Shown piece after piece: positions 24,777 through 38,875 of a stretch of 64,000 nucleotides of DNA (positions within the stretch are counted from its first letter, which is position 1; the number at the start of each line of letters is the position of its first letter). Source of the stretch: Octopus bimaculoides (lineage: Eukaryota); the NCBI RefSeq assembly GCF_001194135.2, contig NC_068987.1, forward strand, positions 79,626,861 through 79,690,860. Reading direction: 5' to 3'. The position numbers and the translations under genes are program-made. The notes under the pieces were generated by a model. The model saw only the letters and a program-made list of their open reading frames with translations, was not told the DNA's origin and did not search any database.

Positions 24777-27229
24777 AGCAGTGTAGTTCGCTTGGAGCAT
24801 TGTATTATTTATATATGAGCTCGCACACACATATATATATATACACGTGTGTGTATATGTAGATGTATGTATGTATGCTTGTATGTATGTATGCATGCAT
24901 GTATTTATTCAATGCCGGTTATTGGATTCAGACAATGAAGCATGGTAAACATTCAAAATGTACGATATATCGTCTGAAGAGAAACTCTATCTCTCTTGCA
25001 ATTGCGTGGTAAGGAACATGATCTGAAATCATGAGCCTTAACTAAATCATTCGGAACGCAACGATAATATTTGTCATTTCGAACATCAGAAATGACCTTC
25101 TGCGTTACTCTACGTTAATTACTATCCAACCTCCTGGGGTGTTAAATGACAATTCACCTCAGCAAATACTAAAGATATATTTCTTGCCTGCACGCTCAAT
25201 CCCTGGCCATCTAAGAAGGCACATACCCAATAAAGATATTTCACCATTTCATAATAACTTAAACCCTCATCGCTCCTGAAATCATTCTTCCCCATTTGTC
25301 GTAACCTCCGCGAATTTTGTCATCCTATCTGTTAGGTATGAACGTAAACATCAATGGCATAACCAACGCTCATATCTTTAATATCTCATCTAGTTCATTC
25401 GTAACATATGATGGGGTTGTACAGGCGATGTATACTACTTACAACATATAACATTTAGTTCTCATCACTAACTAGAAGAAATTTACCCACCATTGTAACA
25501 CCCGCAAGGCGAGCGTCTGGTGAGCAAAATACCTTCTATCGTTGTTTTATATCTCTATTCTTTCCCAAATTGCCTTCTGAATCTTAAGGCGATGGCCTGT
25601 GCTGAATTTTTAGATTGTTCAGCAAGGAGTTCATATATGTATGTGTATGTCTGAATGTACATGGACATATATATGAATATACATGTACAGAAACACCGTT
25701 TAGAGCCTCAGGTTAAAAGCTTATAAAGGAAGCGCGTATGATTATACCATGCACAATCCAGCCTCATACCATCTCGGGGTACCCGAAAGGAGAGGGAAGA
25801 ATACTCTCTCTTTTTTTTTTAACTGACAGTAACAGTTTACAGCTGAGAGAGTAGGTTTCCAGTGTATTCTGCTAACATATTTATAACTTCAGCTTTGTTG
25901 TTGTTTTTTTATCTACAGCGTATTAATATCTCTACGGGAGTTACTTTAATTTCTCGACTCACTTATGCGGAATAACTATTAGTCAACTTGATGTCTGCTT
26001 TTCTTGTTCATGGTTATGTGGGCCTACAGTAGCCGAAGTCATATGTCATACTTTATATTAGATGCAGAAATTTATTAATGCGTGCGTATGTAAAGGTGAG
26101 CGCAGTGTGCGTGTGTGTGAAGGTGCATCTGCGTGGATGTATGACCGAATAAATGCACCACTAAGTATAACGTAATTTTATTCGTAACGTTTAGGAAATA
26201 TTAACATTAAGTTACGTACCAAACATTTTGGTGGGCTAAATTCCCTTCTTAGTGACACTTTGGAAGGAGAATGTAGTGGCTATGCTGAAACGGACGGGAG
26301 AGAGAGAGAGAGAGAGACAGACAGACAAAGACAGAGAGACAGAGAGACAGAAAGAAAGTATTATAAATAGTGATCGTTTAGATAAATAGATAGATGGGAG
26401 ACTGGCTCAGCAGGTTGCTAATCAAATAGCCATGAGCAAGAAGTTAGATATAGTTAAGGATAAAAGAAAAAGAGAAAGAGATAGCATCGGTAAAAGAGAA
26501 GAGATTGAAAGGTAAAAGATAAAGCTTTGCTCTAGAGACGAATAATTAGACATCTGATATTAAAAAAATTAGAGAAACCGAGCGACTGATACATAGAGTT
26601 ACAGGAAGGTGAGGAGACAGAATAAGATTAAGAAAGAGAGTGAGAGAAAATAATCCATATATTATGTCTAGTGGCAAAATTTGATTGAGAGAAAGAAGAG
26701 AAGTATGTATGTTCACAAGTGTGTGTGTGCGTGCTTGCATGTGTTGTGGAGGGGGAGTTAGGGAGGGAAGAAATGAAGCCAAATACTTCATTATAACAAA
26801 GGGAAATAAGTGCAGATGAAAAGAAACATTGTATGAAATTAAACACAGAAGAAATAATAATAGAGCAGACTTAAAGTAAAATTATTAAGAATGAGTTAAA
26901 GGAAACAGAAATAAATCACATCATTTTCCAAGGGTCCTACACGTGTAGTATTTACACATTTATTAGTACAATTTGTTTGAATTGATTTACATCTTCATAT
27001 TTGTCAGTTACAAATAATTATTCATTTTTTTTGTAGTGTTTTCTTTTTTTGTAATATTTACGAAGTTTAGAACTACAAAGCTAATGTTGAACAGTAAATG
27101 TTAAAAAAAAACACTATCATAAGAATAATATACAAAACAAAATCAGAATAATATATAAAATTATGCACCAAAATTAGCGCATACCGATATATAAATATAG
27201 AAACACATGGAGAGACACGTCTCTTTAAT

Positions 27230-27393
27230 AGGCACAGGACTGGCTGTGTGTTAATAACCTTGCTTAGCAACCACATGGTTCCAGGTTCAGCCCCACTTCG
27301 TGGCACCATGGACGAGTGTCTTCTGCTATAGCCTCGGGCCGACCAAAGCCTTGTGAGTGGATTTGGTAGAGGGAGACTGAAAGAAGCCTGTCG

Positions 27394-27489
<96 letters not shown>

Positions 27490-27847
27490 GGGTTGAATTC
27501 GCAAACCGAAAACAACAGACGAAGACAGGTGGTGTAGAAAACAAATAGATGTATTAGTATAACACTCGGGAATTGAGAAAGTCTTTAACGTTTCGAGCCT
27601 ACGCTCTTCCACAGAAAGGAATACAGAAAGAAACAAGGAGAGAAAAAAATGTGTGTAGTGGTCAGCGTCCCTCCACCTTCACTTGACAACCGATGCTGGT
27701 GTGTTTACGTCCCTGTAACTTAGCGGTTCGGCAAAAGTGACTGATAGAATAAGTACTAGACTTACAAAGACTAAGTCCTGGGGTCGATTTCTTCCGCTAA
27801 AAAAAAGGGGGTGCTCCAGTCAAATCACTGAAGCAAATAAAAGAAGA
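27230..27847 (+). mobile_element. SINE family A, full copy with internal (TA)n(TG)n and a nested insertion
   Basis: The 5' half is 27230-27393 and the 3' half is 27667-27847 (cttgacaaccgatgctggtgtgtttacgtccc...ggtgctccagtcaaatcactgaa). Confidence 0.9.
27488..27665 (-). mobile_element. Penelope-like 3' tail fragment with a hammerhead-like motif, nested in SINE A
   Basis: Minus strand 27618-27583 reads cttt-CTGTGGA-a-gagc-gtag-gctc-GAAA-cgtt-aaag. Confidence 0.5.
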
Positions 27848-28295
27848 TATATTAATGAAGATTGAATTATATTGTATATTATATCTTGGATGGCGATGCA
27901 CGAGCAGGAATCAAGTAAAATACCCGGACAGAGGTACTTCCACGCTCAGTAGTCGAGTCTTACTAAACACGCTCTGGGTTAGGTCTGCACTCCCGTATAC
28001 ATACTGGTTCTATGGATTGGTGAAGCGCTAAGTGTTTTGGATAGATTTTTGACACGGTATAAACACAAAGCTATTGACTGATCTGATCACCACATGAATT
28101 ATTGTCGCAGCCAGCACCGCCATCACCGCCCTCGTCTTCTTCTGTCGCCGTCGTTGTCGACGTCGTCAACGTCATGATATTCATGCGCAATAGCAGCAGC
28201 ATTCAAGGGGACAGTATTGACCTGTTAAATTAGAAATTACAGTATAATTAAAAATTAATGAAGAAATAGGTTAATGAGCAAAAGATTTTATATAC

Positions 28296-28355
<60 letters not shown>

Positions 28356-28559
28356 CAAATTAAAAGGGTAAAGGATTATCAATTTATTAATTAATAAATC
28401 AATTAACAATTAACAATTTTTACCAAGCCCATCGGTATGAAAGCACCATTATTATATATATAAACTGTTTCAGACAGGTCTAGGTAAATGAATGAAGGAA
28501 TGAAAGTAGATGAATGAATAAATAAATGAGTAAATGAGGTCTAAATTTAGTATTTCCAT

Positions 28560-29124
28560 CATCATCACCACCATCGTTATCATCATCGTCGTCACAATCG
28601 TCACTGACATCGTCGTCATCACCTCAATCACCGGCAATGATTGACAAGAAGACGATTACCACCGTCGGCGTCATCACAAGCATCCCCATCATGATCATAA
28701 TGATCATCACCACCACCGGAAGCAGACAGATGACGAAATGAATGAGAAAGAACTGGACAAAGGAAAAGCTCTACATTTAATGATTATTCTCATCATCATC
28801 ATCATCATCATCATCATTCTAATGACCACCATCATCTATATTAGGGGGTCTCCAAAGTTATCAATATCGACCCCTGGGGGTCGATGGGATTATTCTAGGG
28901 GGTCGATAAATGTTCATATACTTAATTATTATCATTATTTATTTGTTTATTTTCTTGTACATGTTTGGTGGGGGGGGGGTCAATGAGGAGTCACGGATTC
29001 TATGAAGGGGTCGATAGTCTAAAAAGCTTCAGGACCCTTGATACATACCATCGCCACCACTATCGACATCATCGTCTTCACCATCTGAATAGTTAGCAAC
29101 AGAACCACCGTCGTCGATATCGTG

Positions 29125-29175
<51 letters not shown>

Positions 29176-29391
29176 TTCATCACCATTATCACCATCTTCA
29201 TCACCCTCACACCACGGCCAACAACATCTCCACCACCACAACCTTTGACGTCATCATTATCGTCGTTACCATCACCCCTTCATCATCACATCTTCATCAC
29301 CCCTTCATCATCATCATCGTTGTAGTCATTATCATCATCATCATCATCATCATAATCGTCGTCGTCGTCGTCGCCATCGTCGTCGCCATCG

Positions 29392-29425
<34 letters not shown>
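28560..29425. repeat. (ATC/GTC/ACC)n trinucleotide-rich region
   Basis: Directly visible; interrupted by the MITE at 28842. Confidence 0.9.
28842..29040. mobile_element. hAT (Charlie-like) MITE
   Basis: Termini tagggggtctccaaag and aagcttcaggacccttg resemble CAGGGGTCCCCAAACT/AGTTTGGGGACCCCTG, with internal ggggtcgat motifs. Confidence 0.6.
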
Positions 29426-29426
<1 letters not shown>

Positions 29427-29669
29427 TAAATGGCGAATTCGATCATATATATAGGACTAAAATCAAATGAACCCAGACACTAATGAATTGTCAAAGTTTA
29501 ACTAATAAAGCTTTAATAGGTTGTCAATAATTAATGAATAATTTCTTGTCCATTTGAGTGGGAAGTGCTCCAATAGACTTTTTAATGTCGAAGCCAAAAA
29601 GCAAGGTGAAAATATTATCTACATATTAAAACGCGACTGATTTTTGTCTACCTAATGATACTGATTTCG

Positions 29670-29875
29670 AATTTGAGCCAAGTGCCAGCAATTTCGAATG
29701 TGGGGGGTAAATTGACTACATCTACCCCAGCGCTCGACAGTTACTTACTTTATCGATCCCGAAAGAATGAAAAGAAAAGTCGATCTCAATGGAAATTAAA
29801 CTCAGAACGTGAACGGACGAATAGCCGCTAAGCATTTCGCCCAGTATGGTAGCGATTCGACCAGCTCATCGCCTT
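29670..29875 (-). mobile_element. SINE family B
   Basis: tttatcgatcccgaaagaatgaaaag...aactcagaacgt...ccgctaagcatttcgccc. Confidence 0.8.
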
Positions 29876-30316
29876 TTTCTAGTTAATCAGATTAAATCCA
29901 TATTATTTAAAAAGTGAAACAGCCTAATTAATTGTAATCCGAATTTCAATTTTCTATTGAATTTGACCAATAATTATATATTGTATCATTTTACGTCTAT
30001 GATTTACTTGTCTCAGTCATTGGACAGTCGTCATGCTGTCCAAGCACAATTATTTAGGCTTAGCAGCCCTTCCTGTTTCTTTTCACTGTCCTGTTTGTGT
30101 TACCAATTTTGACCCTCCGCAAAAAACCCAAATTATATTTAATATGCTTTGCAGGAACAACTGCTTTATCAAAAGCGTATATTGTTGTTAAATGCTCGAC
30201 ATACGAGAGTAGAAAAACAGCCAACAAATGATGAAGGGTCGTTCTTTATGTTGTTTGTCTTGTTTTTCATTGTGTCTTTCGTTGCTCGAAAAAATAGTTC
30301 ATATTCCATGTACTCG

Positions 30317-30359
<43 letters not shown>

Positions 30360-30561
30360 ATAAATGTAGGCGCAATATCCTAGTGGTTTAGGCAGTGGAC
30401 TCGCGGCCTCGATTCCCATCTGTCCGACGAACGGGAACCTAAAACTTGGAGTAACAGCTTTTGTTATATTTCTGCTGCTTTTAAATTTTGCACATTATTC
30501 TACTTCTAGTATTTGAGTACTCTTTTTTCCACCTTGTTTCACATTTATGCGCTTTCTCCGG

Positions 30562-30599
<38 letters not shown>

Positions 30600-30902
30600 G
30601 ATGGGTGGATGTATAACATGTGTCACCATATGTAATTCTTTTGTTTGAGTGTATATAATATAAATATTTGTGATTAGTAACACAAAAAGAGAACATAACG
30701 TCTTCAAAATAGCAGTTACTGATTATTTAATTAGATCAATAAAAAGGAATTTAAAAAGAAAAACATGTCATTATTATATGTAAATAATATCATACGGTGA
30801 CCTACACGCACTCACACGCACGCGCCTCAAAAGGAGACATGTTTCTATGTTTATATTCATACATGTTGGTATTTGACCATATACATGTGTATGCTTTCTT
30901 CC

Positions 30903-30946
<44 letters not shown>

Positions 30947-31053
30947 ATCTATCTATCTATCTATCTATCTATATATGTATCTCTATCTCCTTCCCTCTAT
31001 CTATGGATATATCTATGTATCTATGTATCTATGTATCTATGTATCTATGTATG

Positions 31054-31086
<33 letters not shown>

Positions 31087-31134
31087 GTATATCTATCTAT
31101 CCATCTATAATTATGTGTGCTTGTGCGCATTTCT

Positions 31135-31210
<76 letters not shown>

Positions 31211-32706
31211 ATTACATACATACATATATATATATATAATATACACATGTATATTACATATATACATATACGTATACATATGCACATACATACATACGTA
31301 CATACATACATACATACATACATACATACATACATACGTACATATATACATATCGAATAAATGCATAAACACGATGTACAGTGCCTACAACGCTAACAGA
31401 AACAATAATAACGAAAGAAAAATATTTAAAAAAAAACATCAAACAATCCCAATGAAATATAAAATATTATTAAAACGACGTAAGACATGTTTACGATAAA
31501 ACAGAGATTATTCATTCTTGCTGTGATGCTATTTAAACTATTGCGCTTAGTGGCATGTCTATATTTGACGGAGCCATACATATTCGGAACTGACGCCTGG
31601 CGCCAAATAGTAGGAAGCAGGATACAGGTTGCTTGGCAGCCTATGTGATTTTCCTTACAGCCATCCCATTAGATGTCATGATGAATTTATTAAAATCAAT
31701 CATAATTTCTAATTAGCAAGTTAGCAACGCGTCTGTTAGAGTAAAATCAAATATGTAAGACTATGACTGTGTGAGCGAGTCTGTTGGAGAAAGTGCGTGT
31801 TGTTGAGGAAGGATATTTGTTAGTATTATTATGTCTGGCTCTTTTCTCCTCGCTCCTTGTGGATTTCTTTCTCCCTCTCTCTCTCTCTGTATATATATAT
31901 ATATATNNNNNNNNNNNNNNNNNNNNNNNNNNNNNNNNNNNNNNNNNNNNNNNNNNNNNNNNNNNNNNNNNNNNNNNNNNNNNNNNNNNNNNNNNNNNNN
32001 NNNNNNNNNNNNNNNNNNNNNNNNNNNNNNNNNNNNNNNNNNNNNNNNNNNNNNNNNNNNNNNNNNNNNNNNNNNNNNNNNNNNNNNNNNNNNNNNNNNN
32101 NNNNNNNNNNNNNNNNNNNNNNNNNNNNNNNNNNNNNNNNNNNNNNNNNNNNNNNNNNNNNNNNNNNNNNNNNNNNNNNNNNNNNNNNNNNNNNNNNNNN
32201 NNNNNNNNNNNNNNNNNNNNNNNNNNNNNNNNNNNNNNNNNNNNNNNNNNNNNNNNNNNNNNNNNNNNNNNNNNNNNNNNNNNNNNNNNNNNNNNNNNNN
32301 NNNNNNNNNNNNNNNNNNNNNNNNNNNNNNNNNNNNNNNNNNNNNNNNNNNNNNNNNNNNNNNNNNNNNNNNNNNNNNNNNNNNNNNNNNNNNNNNNNNN
32401 NNNNNNNNNNNNNNNNNNNNNNNNNNNNNNNNNNNNNNNNNNNNNNNNNNNNNNNNNNNNNNNNNNNNNNNNNNNNNNNNNNNNNNNNNNNNNNNNNNNN
32501 NNNNNNNNNNNNNNNNNNNNNNNNNNNNNNNNNNNNNNNNNNNNNNNNNNNNNNNNNNNNNNNNNNNNNNNNNNNNNNNNNNNNNNNNNNNNNNNNNNNN
32601 NNNNNNNNNNNNNNNNNNNNNNNNNNNNNNNNNNNNNNNNNNNNNNNNNNNNNNNNNNNNNNNNNNNNNNNNNNNNNNNNNNNNNNNNNNNNNNNNNNNN
32701 NNNNNN

Positions 32707-32749
<43 letters not shown>

Positions 32750-34010
32750 ATATATATACATACACGGGCTTCTTACGTATGTGTGTATCGTATATACCAT
32801 CTCTCCATGGAACCTGTTTGCTTCTGGCATCTCCATGGTGTTGCAGCTGCTACATAATGGTTATTACGTCTGTTTGTAATATTATATCTCTCCTAAATCT
32901 ATAACGTCGCTACATTTAATATACGACGCACTAAACTACTTAAACCTACTCACATCTAAATATCTATTCGACCAATGGTCACATTGGACTAAACAACATC
33001 AACAACAAAAACAACGACAACGACAGCATTATGAATGGTAGAGGGAATTTAAAATGCGATGAAAGATGAAACTTATCCTGGTTTATCTCAATTTTCATCA
33101 CCACTGACTTGAGAAAAGCAACACGACTTGGAGTAATATATCCTAGGGGTATTGTATTTTCGGGTGATAACTCAAAGAATTATAGCTGTTCAGCTGTATC
33201 AATGTAGTACCAGAACACTTACACATTTCTCTAAATATAATAGCCCGTAGATCGTGCCAAACAAGGAAATCAATGTTTTATTCTTCCATGATTCATTTAA
33301 AATTAGTCTTTATTTTTCTAAATATTCATATACCATGTCATATTCCTGGTGAGTTTTTCTGAGAAATTTCATGACAGCCAGCTGATGCCAAGTATTTATA
33401 TATAGATATGTGTTTGCGTATATGTATATATAAGATNNNNNNNNNNNNNNNNNNNNNNNNNNNNNNNNNNNNNNNNNNNNNNNNNNNNNNNNNNNNNNNN
33501 NNNNNNNNNNNNNNNNNNNNNNNNNNNNNNNNNNNNNNNNNNNNNNNNNNNNNNNNNNNNNNNNNNNNNNNNNNNNNNNNNNNNNNNNNNNNNNNNNNNN
33601 NNNNNNNNNNNNNNNNNNNNNNNNNNNNNNNNNNNNNNNNNNNNNNNNNNNNNNNNNNNNNNNNNNNNNNNNNNNNNNNNNNNNNNNNNNNNNNNNNNNN
33701 NNNNNNNNNNNNNNNNNNNNNNNNNNNNNNNNNNNNNNNNNNNNNNNNNNNNNNNNNNNNNNNNNNNNNNNNNNNNNNNNNNNNNNNNNNNNNNNNNNNN
33801 NNNNNNNNNNNNNNNNNNNNNNNNNNNNNNNNNNNNNNNNNNNNNNNNNNNNNNNNNNNNNNNNNNNNNNNNNNNNNNNNNNNNNNNNNNNNNNNNNNNN
33901 NNNNNNNNNNNNNNNNNNNNNNNNNNNNNNNNNNNNNNNNNNNNNNNNNNNNNNNNNNNNNNNNNNNNNNNNNNNNNNNNNNNNNNNNNNNNNNNNNNNN
34001 NNNNNNNATA

Positions 34011-34760
34011 CAGGTGTTGAACAAAATTATGGAAACACCTAGCATCATACCATCATAATTTTGAAATATCTACAAAACCATCAAAACTTTGTTTAATTTT
34101 ATGTTTTTTGATTTATTATTAGTGCTAAAATTGTTGTTTCTTTTCAGATAGTCAGAAAAAGGTAATTAAAATTCATTAAAATGATAGATTTATCGGTCTT
34201 TCAATGAGGTCAAATTGTCGCTAGTAGTGTAGCAGGCGCTAGCCTAACGAAAACAGTCGAAATATTTGGTCTATCAAGAAGTACTGTCTCGAAAATAATG
34301 ACAGCTTTTGTGAAAGAGGGAAAAACCTACCCGTCGAAACAAAACTCCGGAAGAAAACCAAAACTTTCAGATAGGGAGCGTCGGGCTCTTAGGCGAATTG
34401 TTAGAAAGAAGCACAGAAGTACAGCTCCCAAAATTACTGCAGAGCTTAATGACCGCCTCGAGAACACAGTTTCCACAAAAACTCTTCGCCGGGAGCTGCA
34501 CAAAGCTGGACTTTAAGGGAGGGCTGCAATCAGAAAACCACTACTTCCAAAAACAACCGTTGCAAAGCGTTTAGAGTGCAGTAAAAGCCTACAGAACTGG
34601 TCGCTAGAGCAGTGGAAGAATGTTGTTTTCTCGGACGAGTCATCCTTGACCTTATTTCCGAGCACCGGCCGAGTATACGTGAGGAGCATTTGACTCAGAC
34701 TGCCTTCTTCCAACTGTTAAATATGGAGGAGGAACTGTGATGATCTGGGGGGTTATATCA
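34011..34760 (+). mobile_element. Tc1-family transposon, 5' portion (3'-truncated, inactive)
   Basis: TA followed by a CAGGTGTTGAACAAAATTATGGAAACACC TIR. The ORF from 34181 reads MIDLSVFQ*GQIV...SRSTVSKIMTAF...GRKPKLSDRERR...WKNVVFSDES...PTVKYGGGTVMIWG, with stops and a frameshift. Confidence 0.92.
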
Positions 34761-36014
34761 CAAAGGTGATAATTATTCAGGTACGCATCTTGGGTAGTGA
34801 TTCTTCAAATGTTCCCATACACCCATGAAAATATAATTCAAGTTATATAACTGAAGAAGTTAACATGTTGCCCACAAGACAGAACCTTATAACAATCAGA
34901 CAGCGTCTAATCAGTTGTTCGTTATTTTCGATACAGCTATTAAATCTCCCGAGAATTACCTCTCTCCACTGAGGTATGTCCTAGACATACTAAACTAGAA
35001 AAAATAACGGGATGGTCACGTCTGTAATGTCTGTGATCATAAGTTTACTTACTCAAAAGTTGAGCAAAGGGTCCAAGCAACAAAGAAACTGAAGCACTGC
35101 AAGCAAGAAATTAAACAAAGAGCTTAGAAACGAAATGCAAGAAAATCCATAACTCAGTCAGTAGAATATCATATGAATTAATTAGTAGTATTAACGATCA
35201 TATGAGACAGTTTAATAATAACAGCTCCAGGCGACCTACCTGGATATCGTCAATAATCAAACTCATTTATCAAACGCTTTCCAAATATCAGATTGCGAAG
35301 GTTTCACATGGACAAGAATATTCACTATATGCAACAGATGCAATATTAGATTAAAAGAGACATATGTGTATCGTACTTAATGTATATAAATCGGGAAAAA
35401 GAAATTTACTACGGTATTCTCCGGGAGATAATATCTCCTGTAGACGTGCATTGTTTAAAAACACAAATATATCAGTAGCAGCGATAGATATATTTATATA
35501 AGGTATCATATATATACGAGGCTATTTTAATCTAATACTGCTTCTGAGTCATATAGCGGATTTTTATTCAGCCGTGCGGTTACTTGCAACACCAAGGATT
35601 TTTTTCAATCACTGTTTTCTTATAGTAGTAGCGAGAGGTTTTGTCTTAGAAAGCGGTTAACAGTGAGTATATGCTACTGACAATGCACAACGAGGTGGAA
35701 ATGCTTGTGTAGCATCTTCACATGCGCTGCTAGATGGTTTTTCCCTTAAACTCATATATTTGTGTTTTTAAACACAGCACGTAACATAGGACGAATGCTA
35801 CTGTCTGTGAAGTGCTTGATTTCAGATCCCACCGTAGTCAGTTTGGGCAGTAATTTCATAAGAATCGATAAATAAAGTATCCGTTGCAATACGCAGTAGA
35901 TTTATTCTCTCTCTTTCACAATGCGTTGTACCTGCAATTCAATGATTCACCCTTGGTATTGAGTACTCTTTTCTTCCGACGGTTAATACTAAATGCGCAC
36001 GCATGTGTGTGTGT

Positions 36015-36060
<46 letters not shown>

Positions 36061-36174
36061 ACGTGTGTCTGCATCAGTGTAGAGTGTATTCGATTAAGCC
36101 TATACATTGGAAAGAGAAAATGTACCGACCACATAGAAGTATATATGTATGTGAGTGTGCGTATTGTGTGAGTG

Positions 36175-36365
36175 CGAGTGTTTGTGTTTGTCAACGACCA
36201 CCGCTTCACAACTGGTGTTGGTATGTTTATGTACTCGTAACTTAGTAGTTTAGCAAAAGAACTGATAGAATAAGTACCAGGCAGGTTACTATGATCCATG
36301 CAATCGCCTAAGAACCCTTGATGGCAATACCCATCACAGACCAATAACTGAAACAGGTAAAATAA
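36175..36365 (+). mobile_element. SINE family A, 3' half following a (TG)n tract
   Basis: acaactggtgttggtatgtttatgtactcgtaacttag...gatagaataagtaccagg...aactgaaacaggtaaaa. Confidence 0.7.
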
Positions 36366-36939
36366 CGATTGTGATCTCTTCACAAGCAAGGACAGTACTT
36401 TTTAAGGGGAAGGTATTAGTCGATAGCATAAACATCAGTGCTTGGCTGGCACTTCATTGCCCCATGCTGGGAGGAAAACCAGAGATGACGCCAGAGGGAC
36501 TGAACTAATAATGTAAAGTGCTGGGAGATATATCAGAGAACATTTTTCTCCGCTACTCTAACGATTCTACCAGAAAACCACCTTTGAAACAAGCAATACT
36601 TATTGTTATAATTGGAGTGGGATGTTAGTGTTAAACATCCTACGAGGTTTATGTCACACATTGGCATCTAATCATGAAAGAAACGCAATGAAAATCAGTC
36701 TATTATACATTTTTTAGATTGTTTTTTATTACATGCTACCGAAATCAATTTTGCCTTTGATCGTTTCTGGATCGATAAGATATACACCAGTTGAGTACTG
36801 ATCGATGAAATTAATTATATCATTCTTCCTAAAATTACTGTATATTCCAAAATGTTTTACCCATTATTTATTATCATGATCATTGCGTGATGAAGTGCAT
36901 AGCGGACTGTATTTTAAGTAACATGACAGAATATGTTTT

Positions 36940-37265
36940 CTATTCTTATGTGAAGAGGTTGCTAAACCCATCGCTCAACCGTATTGAATTCCAGAATACT
37001 GACGTTCTGGAAAGGAAGGTGTAGCTGAATTGGTCGGTGACAGACTTGGAGTAGGATTGACAGAATATGGATGACGAGAGAAAAGAAGATGAATATATTA
37101 GGTGTGCTTCGGTGGTGTTAGTACGACACAAATCAGCTCCGGGAAGGAGAGGCCTGTGTAGTAGGGAAAACAGATTGATGATATTGCATGTGGGGGGAAA
37201 AAACGCGGAGTGTGTTGGTGAGATACTTCATAGGAATAAGTAAGGTAGTCATTAGGTGGAGTGGC
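36940..37265 (-). mobile_element. 3' end of a CR1/Jockey-group LINE
   Basis: Minus-strand peptide ...DQFSYTFLSRTSVFWNSI matches the SFxPRTSxLWNSLP terminal motif. Confidence 0.6.
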
Positions 37266-37273
37266 GAGATGTG

Positions 37274-37636
37274 GTTGGTTGGCACTCCATCGGTTTCGAC
37301 GACGAGAGTTTCAGTTGATCCGATCAACGGAACAGCCTGCTCGTGAAATTAACGTGCAAGTGGCTGAGCACTCCACAGACACGTGTACCCTTAACGTAGT
37401 TCTCGGGGAGATTCAACGTGACACGGCTGGCCCTTTGAAATACAGGTACAACAAAAACAGGAAGAAAGAGGGAGAGAAAGAGTACAGCAGGGTTCGCCAC
37501 CACCCCTTACCGGAGCCTTGTGGAACTTTAGGTGTTTTCGCTCAGTAAACACTCACAGCGCCCGGTCTGGGAATCGAAATCGCAATCCTACGACCGCGAG
37601 TCCGCTGCCCTAAACACTGGACCATTGTGTCTCCAC
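37274..37636 (-). mobile_element. SINE family D, full copy (tRNA-derived head)
   Basis: Minus strand: tggtccagtgtttagggcagcggactcgcggtcgtaggattgcgatttcgattccc (A and B boxes). The body is shared with 10441-10605 and 52870-53040. Confidence 0.85.
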
Positions 37637-38519
37637 AGTGGCGAGTTGTAATTTTATGTTAAATGATTATTTAAAAGAATTTTTTTTTTCTATAATATCA
37701 TTAAATGTAAAACTGTGTCAAAGGAAATGTAAAATGTAAAACTATGTCAAAATGAGCATCGGTGAGATAACTGACATGAAATAGCATCAGCCAATAAAAT
37801 AATGGTGGAAACTATGTCATGTGGGTCTGACCACAATGGAATACACCCCCCTCTCCCCATCTCATAGTACACCTACTGTTGTTAATAAACATTTGTGAGA
37901 TGTTGTGTCAGCCCCATTACCGCATGAGGTATGCTGGTAATCTCAGTCGGAATGCCAGTCTTCCATACCTGCTGAAAGCCATTTTAGTTCATTTAAATGG
38001 CTGAAGCCTTTCAGAGGGTAACAACCTCACAGCATTACTCACTTATTTTTTACCCGCACATACACACATACAAACGTGCATATATGCATAAACACACACA
38101 TACAACACCCACATACAACACACACACATACAACACACACACGCACTCACACAATATACATATGTATTATGTATGTAAGCATGTATATATGCATGTTTGT
38201 ATGTATGTATGGTTGGATGGATGGATGGATGGATGGATGTGTGTGTTTGTATGTATGTATGTATGTATGTATGTATGTATGTATATATGTGTGTGTATCA
38301 AGGGGAAGTGGGGGTAAATGCTTTGTCTGTCGTAAAGAAACTAATAGCTTTGAAATATTTGTGAGGCGATGCATAATTCAAGAGAAATGTCAATTTAAAA
38401 ATTCGATAAATATGGAATGAAAGAAAAATAAAGCAAAAAAAAAATATGAAGAGAAGTATAGGAAAAGTGAATTTCTGGAAAATAGATAAATAAATGAACA
38501 AATAAACAAATATTAGACA

Positions 38520-38875
38520 AGTGAAGAAGAAGAAGAAGAAGAAGAAGAAGAAGAAGAAGATAATGATGATGATGATGATGATCACGACGACGACGAAAGA
38601 GGAGTAGTATCAGCAGCAGCAGTAGCAGCATCGGCAGTTGCTGCAGCAGCAGCAGTAGTACCAGTAGTAACAGCAGTAGTAGCCTCAGTAACAGCAGCAC
38701 CAGCAGCAGTAGCAGCAGTAGTAGTAGTTGTAGAAGAAGAAGAAGAAGAAGAAGAAAAAGAAAAAGAAAAAGAAAAAGAAAAAAGAAGAAGAAGAAGAAG
38801 AAGATGAAGATGAAGAAGAAGAAGAAGAAGAAGAAGAAGAAGAAGAAGAAGAAGAAGAAGAAGAAGAAGAAATTA
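38520..38875. repeat. Compound array (GAA)n-(GAT)n-(CAG/TAG)n-(GAA)n-(GAAAAA)n
   Basis: Directly visible. Confidence 0.95.

Noticed and set aside
25000-25500. Coding-like composition on the minus strand
   Set aside because: Multiple stops in all frames and no family motif I can name.
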